Shown here in pieces: positions 56,972 to 62,160 of a stretch of 62,160 nucleotides of DNA (positions within the stretch are counted from its first letter, which is position 1; each line of letters starts with the position of its first letter). The notes below the pieces were generated by a model. The model was not told the origin of the DNA and did no database searches. It saw only the letters and a program-made list of their open reading frames with translations. The translations under genes and the position numbers were made by a program. The DNA lies in the NCBI GenBank assembly GCA_029007115.1, contig JAQXHG010000048.1, positions 1 through 62,160 on the forward strand, in the 5' to 3' direction. Origin of the DNA: a bacterium (GTDB lineage Bacteria > Bacillota_I > Bacilli_A > RF39 > UBA660).

Positions 56972-58723
56972 ATGAAAAATAAAAAAGGATTTACATTAGT
57001 AGAGTTATTAGCAGTAATTGCAATACTAGCAATATTAGTTATTATCGCAATGCCAAATGTATTAAAATTGTTTAATAGTTCAAAAAAAGATACATTTTTA
57101 ACGGAAGTAAAAACAATATTTAATGAAACAAAAAAGAAGTATTTGAGTGAATCAATGAAAGGTAATACTATAACTACAATAAGTTCAAAAGATGACTCTA
57201 AACTAGATATAAATGGAAGTGATTTAGATTATTGTGTAATATTGAATAGTGAAGGAAAAGTAGAAAAAATAGCAGTAGGAAATAAATCATTTTATGTAAT
57301 GTTAAATAATGTAGAAGATATTAATTCATTAAAAAAAGAAGATATTAAAGATGGACAACTACAAGAAATGGAATGTAATCCTAGTGCATTTAAAGTAAAA
57401 TTAAATTGTGAATTTGATGGAGATTTAAAACAAGGCGCTGAATATGTAAATGGACAGTATACTTATAGATATAAGCAAGAAGGTGCATATTCTACCGATG
57501 AACTTAAATGGGAAAATATAAGTGCAGATGGATGGGGAGTACAATTAACAGATAAAGAAAATACAGAAGAAGTAACAAGCGAATTATGTACAACTATAAA
57601 TAAAAAACCAATTGTAAGCATGTCATATATGTTTTCGGGTTCCCAAGCCACAGCATTAGATTTAAGTAGTTTTGATACAAGTAATGCAACTAATATGACT
57701 GCTATGTTTGCTAGCTCACAAGCAACAGAAATAAGAGGCTTAAAAAATTTTGAAACAAGTAGTGTAACTAATATGAATCGAATGTTTGAAGATTCAAAAG
57801 CCACAACCTTAGACTTGAGCAGTTTTGATACAAGCAATGTGACGAATATGAGTTCTATGTTTTTTAGTTCACAAGCTACAACATTAGATTTAAGCAGTTT
57901 TAACACAAGCAGTGTAGAAGATATGCGCTTTATGTTTTCTGAATCACAAGCCACAACCTTAAATTTAAGTAGTTTTGATACAAGTAATGTAACTAATATG
58001 CATAATATGTTTTCATGGTCAAAAGCCACAACCTTAGACTTAAGAAGTTTTAATACAAGCAATGTAACTGATATGAGTTTTATGTTTTCTGAATCACAAG
58101 CTATAACAATAAAAGGCTTAGAAAACATTAATACAAGTAATGCAACTAATATGAGTAGGATGTTTTATAAATCACAAGCCACAACATTGGATTTAAGAAG
58201 TTTTGATACAAGAAACGTAATTAATATGGGTAATATGTTTGGAGGTTCACAAGCTACAACTTTAGATTTAAGAAGTTTTGATACAAGCAATGTGACTGAT
58301 ATGAGTCATATGTTTGCAGGCTCACAAGCAACGCAAATAAAAGGTTTAGAAAATTTTGATACAAGAAATGTAACAGATATGCGTTTTATGTTTTCTGAAT
58401 CACAAGCCACAACCTTAAATTTAAGTAGTTTTGATACAAGAAATGTAACAGATATGAGCTATATGTTTTATGATTCTCAGGCCACAAGCCTAGACTTATG
58501 TAGTTTTGATACAAGCAATGTAACAGATATGAGTTATGTTTTTTGGAATTCAAAAGCCACAATCTTAGACTTAAGTAGTTTTGATACAAGCAATGTGACT
58601 AGTATGAGTAATATGTTTGTATATTCAAAAGCCACAAAAGGATACGCTAGAACACAAACAGATGCAGATAAGTTTAATGCAAATTCAGGTAAACCATCAG
58701 GACTAACATTTGTTGTTAAATAA
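56972..58723 (+). CDS. Type IV prepilin-like N-terminus fused to about 14 DUF285/BspA-type leucine-rich repeats
   Basis: The N-terminus is MKNKKG|FTLVELLAVIAILAILVII (Gly-1, Phe+1, Glu+5). The C-terminal half is tandem 25-26-aa units LDLSSFDTSNVTNMSxMFxxSQATT. Confidence 0.8.
   Translation: MKNKKGFTLVELLAVIAILAILVIIAMPNVLKLFNSSKKDTFLTEVKTIFNETKKKYLSESMKGNTITTISSKDDSKLDINGSDLDYCVILNSEGKVEKIAVGNKSFYVMLNNVEDINSLKKEDIKDGQLQEMECNPSAFKVKLNCEFDGDLKQGAEYVNGQYTYRYKQEGAYSTDELKWENISADGWGVQLTDKENTEEVTSELCTTINKKPIVSMSYMFSGSQATALDLSSFDTSNATNMTAMFASSQATEIRGLKNFETSSVTNMNRMFEDSKATTLDLSSFDTSNVTNMSSMFFSSQATTLDLSSFNTSSVEDMRFMFSESQATTLNLSSFDTSNVTNMHNMFSWSKATTLDLRSFNTSNVTDMSFMFSESQAITIKGLENINTSNATNMSRMFYKSQATTLDLRSFDTRNVINMGNMFGGSQATTLDLRSFDTSNVTDMSHMFAGSQATQIKGLENFDTRNVTDMRFMFSESQATTLNLSSFDTRNVTDMSYMFYDSQATSLDLCSFDTSNVTDMSYVFWNSKATILDLSSFDTSNVTSMSNMFVYSKATKGYARTQTDADKFNANSGKPSGLTFVVK
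57610..58636 (+). repeat. Intragenic tandem repeat array (about 75-78-bp period, about 14 units) encoding the DUF285 repeats
   Basis: Visible periodicity of ..AGTTTTGATACAAG[CT]AATGT[AG]AC.GATATGAG... A 56-bp perfect duplicate occurs at 57929-57984 and 58385-58440. Confidence 0.9.
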
Positions 58724-58864
58724 TATATATAATATGATTAAATTACAGAATTCATTGTAATCAAAAAACACTTTTAAGCAACTATAATTTATTTTAGTAT
58801 AAATATACATAAATTATATTAAAACCACTAAAAAATGATTTATTGAAGTATTAAAGTATATTAA

Positions 58865-58891
58865 AAGCATGGAGAAATTCATGCTTCTTTT
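58865..58891 (+). terminator. Rho-independent terminator, about 140 nt after the pilin-like gene stop
   Basis: AAGCATG-loop-CATGCTT followed by CTTTT. Confidence 0.65.
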
Positions 58892-58903
58892 AATGTATAT
58901 TAC

Positions 58904-58932
58904 TTGAATATGTTAACATATTTTGCTATACT
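58904..58932 (+). promoter_or_regulatory. Promoter of the 58957-61260 gene pair
   Basis: TTGAAT (58904-58909), 17-bp spacer, TATACT (58927-58932). Confidence 0.55.
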
Positions 58933-58956
58933 TGTGTAGAATATACAGGTGGTAAA

Positions 58957-60252
58957 ATGAGTAAAGAAGTAAGTAAAAAAAAGAAAATAGGTAAATTAGA
59001 ACTATTTTTTGATATATTTAGTATTATTTTTTTGATAGGTTTTATTTGTTTTTATGGTTATAGGATGATTTATTATAAAAATAAATTCCTTCCTAAAAAT
59101 AAAAATGGTCAAAATATTACTTTACTTTCAAATAAGATAAAAGAAAATATAACTACTACTGGTGATGGACTTTATAATGAAGAAAATAATTATATATTTA
59201 AGGGAGAAAATGTTAATAATTATATAAAATATTCTAATATGTTATTTAGAGTTATTAAGATAAAAAAAGATAATACAATTGAAATTATTATAGAAGATAC
59301 TTTAAATTATTTATCTTATGATATTGATAAAGTTAATTATAATGAGTCTAATTTAAAAAAATACTTAAATGATATTTTTTATAAAAATATAAATAATACT
59401 TTATTAGTTAAAAGTCCATATTGTACAGATATTATTGACGATGTTAATAATATTAATTGTAATAATATAGAAATAGATTATATTAAATTATTGTCTTTAA
59501 CAGACTATTTAAATAGTAAAAATAATACAAATAGCTATTTAGATAGTGAAAGTATTATATGGCTTAATGATAGTAATAATGACTCAGTATGGTTAGTAAA
59601 TAATGGTAATTTATCTTTATCTAAGCCAAATGAATTATATCAAGTAAGGCCAGTTATAACATTAAATAATTTAGTTGAATTTAATGGTGGTGATGGCTCT
59701 TTTGATAATCCATATACTATTAATGAAAATAAATCATACTTTTCTTCATATGTAAAATTAGAAAATGATTTATATAGAGTATATGATATAGATGGTGATA
59801 TTCTTAAATTACAAGCTGAAGATATATATAATGATGGAAATATTAAATATCAACTTTCAAATACTAGTAATGTTTTAACATTAGATGATGGACTTGGTAG
59901 TTATTTAAATAATATTATTTATAATAATCTTACATATAAAGATATATTACAGGAGTGTGAATTTAATACTGGTAGTTATGATTCATCTTATGAAAATACA
60001 AGTAAAACTACAATAAAAAGTAAAATAGGAATTAGTAGTATAATAGATCCAATATTTAATAAAAATAAAAATAATTATTATCTATCAACTCCATATCAAA
60101 ACGATTATTCTTATATATATAATGGTAGTGTATATCCGGCAAAATCAAATATAGTAAGAAATATTAGTATATCTGTTTGTATAAATAAAAATAAAATATC
60201 TACTGGAGATGGAACTTTTAGTAATCCATATAAGTTAGGTGATGAGGAATAA
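58957..60252 (+). CDS. N-terminally anchored extracytoplasmic protein with two similar modules each ending G-DG-F-NPY, function unknown
   Basis: TM FFDIFSIIFLIGFICFYGY. The modules end ..VRPVITLNNLVEFNGGDGSFDNPYTI and ..SVCINKNKISTGDGTFSNPYKL. Resemblance to DUF6273-type domains is from memory only. Confidence 0.5.
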   Translation: MSKEVSKKKKIGKLELFFDIFSIIFLIGFICFYGYRMIYYKNKFLPKNKNGQNITLLSNKIKENITTTGDGLYNEENNYIFKGENVNNYIKYSNMLFRVIKIKKDNTIEIIIEDTLNYLSYDIDKVNYNESNLKKYLNDIFYKNINNTLLVKSPYCTDIIDDVNNINCNNIEIDYIKLLSLTDYLNSKNNTNSYLDSESIIWLNDSNNDSVWLVNNGNLSLSKPNELYQVRPVITLNNLVEFNGGDGSFDNPYTINENKSYFSSYVKLENDLYRVYDIDGDILKLQAEDIYNDGNIKYQLSNTSNVLTLDDGLGSYLNNIIYNNLTYKDILQECEFNTGSYDSSYENTSKTTIKSKIGISSIIDPIFNKNKNNYYLSTPYQNDYSYIYNGSVYPAKSNIVRNISISVCINKNKISTGDGTFSNPYKLGDEE

Positions 60253-61260
60253 ATGAGAAAGACAACAATATTATTAATTATTTTAGATGTATTTGCTTTA
60301 ATTGGCTTCTTTTTGTTTTATGGCCCAATTAAAGATATTAGAACATGGTGGATTAATACAGCTATGAATACAATGTCACATAAATATTTTGCTTATATTT
60401 TTTATAATGATGAAATGATTGATAAAACTATGAATGAAAATTATTATATACCTTTAAATGAAGAAGTTGATTTAGATAGTATAGTTATTGATACTAATCA
60501 GAAATATACTTATGAAAATGAATATGATGAGCAAATATTGATTAGGGATGAAAATAATAGTGATTATAAGCTTATAAATGTAAAAGTTGGTAAATATGAT
60601 GCTTTTTTAGTTGCAATTTATGATCCATCAAAAGTAAAAGTTATATCTAAAGAAAAATTAGGCACTGGTGGATATGGTGAAAATATCTTATCTATGTGTA
60701 AAAGAACAAATTCTATAGTTTGTATTAATGCTGGTAGATTTAGACAAGATTCTAAAGGATTATCTTCAGATTATCCTGTTGGTTATATAATTAAAGATAG
60801 TGAAATAATTTGGGCTACTAATTCTAAAAAAAAGGGAGAACTAATTGGATTTAATAAGGATAATAAATTAGTATTAACTAAAGCAACTGGTGCAGAAGCT
60901 TTAGAAATGGGAATTAGAGATGCGGTTGAGTTTGGACCGTTTTTAATAATTAATGGTAAGGCTATGCAAACAGTAGGAAGTGGTAGTTCTGGTAATGCTC
61001 CAAGAGTCGCTATTGGTCAAAGACAAGATGGAATAGTATTATTTTTAGTTACAAATACTAAATATGTATATAGTGGTCCTAATTTTACTGAAATGATAGA
61101 AGTATTACAAAAATATGGGGCATATAATGCAGCAAATTTAGATGGAGGTTCATCTGCTACATTAGTAATAAAAAATCAATTAATAAATACTCCTAGAGAT
61201 TTAAAAACAGGTATTATAAATCCAAGAGGTACAGTTTCTGGATTTGCACTTACAAATTAA
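60253..61260 (+). CDS. Phosphodiester glycosidase (NAGPA/DUF2233) family protein, membrane-anchored
   Basis: The ATG abuts the upstream TAA. N-terminal TM; motifs CINAGRF, PRVAIGQRQDG and AANLDGGSSATLV. Confidence 0.7.
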   Translation: MRKTTILLIILDVFALIGFFLFYGPIKDIRTWWINTAMNTMSHKYFAYIFYNDEMIDKTMNENYYIPLNEEVDLDSIVIDTNQKYTYENEYDEQILIRDENNSDYKLINVKVGKYDAFLVAIYDPSKVKVISKEKLGTGGYGENILSMCKRTNSIVCINAGRFRQDSKGLSSDYPVGYIIKDSEIIWATNSKKKGELIGFNKDNKLVLTKATGAEALEMGIRDAVEFGPFLIINGKAMQTVGSGSSGNAPRVAIGQRQDGIVLFLVTNTKYVYSGPNFTEMIEVLQKYGAYNAANLDGGSSATLVIKNQLINTPRDLKTGIINPRGTVSGFALTN

Positions 61261-61319
61261 GAATATTATTTAAAAAAATATTAAAGTATGCTATAATCAA
61301 GCAATTGGAGATGATATAT

Positions 61320-62159
61320 ATGCTAGAAATAATCATAGATACAATAAAAGATGGTATAAAACTATTACCATTTTTATTAATAGCTTTTATAATAATAGAA
61401 TACTTTGAACATAAATTTACAAATAATAGTAAAAAGATAATAAAAAAATCCGGTAAATTTGGACCATTATTTGGAAGTTTATTAGGACTTATACCACAGT
61501 GTGGTTTTTCTGTATTAGCGACAAACTTATATATAACAAAAATAGTTTCATTAGGGACATTAATATCAATATATTTATCTACTAGTGATGAGATGTTACC
61601 TATATTAATTAGTCAAAATGTAAGTACTAATATTATTATAAAAATATTATTAGTTAAATTTTTAGTTGGTATGATAAGTGGTTTCTTAATTGATTTAATA
61701 TTTAGAAAACATAAAGAAAAAGAAGATTATTCTATATGTAATACTGAGCATTGTCATTGTCATAAAGAAAGTATATTATTATCAGCTTGTAATCATACAT
61801 TTAAAATATTAGGATTTATTGTAATTGTATCTTTTATACTAAATTTACTTCTATATTATTTGGGAAGTGATTTTATATCAAATACATTTATGAAAGAAAG
61901 TTTACTTAGTCCGTTTATATCAAGTTTAATAGGACTAATACCAAATTGTGCTTCTAGTGTAGTTTTAACAGAATTATTTGTAAATGATGTAATATCTTTT
62001 TCAAGTTTAATAGCTGGACTACTAACTGGTAGTGGTGTTGCTATATTAGTATTATTTAGATCAAATAAGAATCTAAAAGAAAACTTATTTATATTAACTT
62101 TAATTTATTTAATTGGAAGTATAAGTGGTTTTATAATAGAATTATTTTCTTTAATATAA
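61320..62159 (+). CDS. Putative multi-TM metal(loid) permease (ArsP_2 / putative manganese-exporter-like) with a Cys/His-rich central loop
   Basis: Two-fold internal repeat marked by GLIPQCGFSV and GLIPNCASSV. Central loop ICNTEHCHCHKESILLSACNH. Start taken at ATG 61320, 9 nt after GGAG. Confidence 0.5.
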   Translation: MLEIIIDTIKDGIKLLPFLLIAFIIIEYFEHKFTNNSKKIIKKSGKFGPLFGSLLGLIPQCGFSVLATNLYITKIVSLGTLISIYLSTSDEMLPILISQNVSTNIIIKILLVKFLVGMISGFLIDLIFRKHKEKEDYSICNTEHCHCHKESILLSACNHTFKILGFIVIVSFILNLLLYYLGSDFISNTFMKESLLSPFISSLIGLIPNCASSVVLTELFVNDVISFSSLIAGLLTGSGVAILVLFRSNKNLKENLFILTLIYLIGSISGFIIELFSLI

Positions 62160-62160
62160 G

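Noticed and set aside
57463-58128. 221-aa minus-strand ORF, plus 58386-58589, inside the pilin-like gene.
   Set aside because: It is the antisense reading of the DUF285 repeat array. The periodic sequence happens to lack stops on the opposite strand. It has no RBS, and the plus-strand frame carries a clear protein repeat consensus.
57610-58636. Regular repeats of about 75 bp that could superficially resemble a CRISPR array.
   Set aside because: The repeats are contiguous, with no unique spacers. They are in frame within one long ORF, they encode a known protein repeat, and no cas genes are present.

Overview
This is a very AT-rich chromosomal segment, by eye well under one-third G+C outside the tRNA genes. 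It is coded almost entirely on the plus strand; only two small genes are on the minus strand. The organism looks like an endospore-forming low-GC Firmicute (Bacillota). yunB, yqfC/yqfD, a GGGtGRT-family gene and Mollicute-style DUF285 repeats fit an Erysipelotrichia- or Clostridia-like lineage, but taxonomy cannot be fixed from this window.

Most of the window is core housekeeping:
- an IscU-like/GGGtGRT/kinase operon
- cinA-like, two S11 DD-carboxypeptidases, rluB and a ferredoxin
- yunB-yutD and an S1-domain gene
- a 12-gene tRNA array, plus tRNA-Ile/Glu and tRNA-His
- a sufC/sufD-like pair and a fused MacB-type ABC transporter
- ygjP-trmH-rimM-trmD and parE-parC
- an AMP-ligase and a hybrid histidine kinase
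- the yqfC-yqfD-ybeY-dgkA-cdd-era-yqzL-recO block
- a CIRCE-controlled hrcA-grpE-dnaK-(pepF)-dnaJ heat-shock operon

Four accessory-looking cell-surface islands interrupt this core:
- 13.8-19.8 kb: a translationally coupled three-gene operon built around a 1,503-aa cysteine-rich exoprotein of no family I recognise. This is my top candidate for something undescribed.
- 27.3-28.9 kb: an acidic membrane-anchored protein with InlB-B-type repeats.
- 38.2-39.7 kb: an anchored surface protein.
- 57.0-61.3 kb: an orphan type IV prepilin N-terminus fused to about 14 DUF285/BspA-type repeats with long perfect internal DNA repeats, followed by a duplicated-module membrane protein and a phosphodiester glycosidase.

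Other points of note:
- a GrpE with a 12-cysteine N-terminal tract
- a decayed Rrf2-regulator remnant
- a small yqzL gene missed by the ORF track
- two CIRCE-like operators
- 21-bp-phased direct repeats in the promoter of a membrane-bound XRE regulator
- a probable leaderless S1-domain gene

I found no rRNA, CRISPR array, transposase, integrase or prophage genes.
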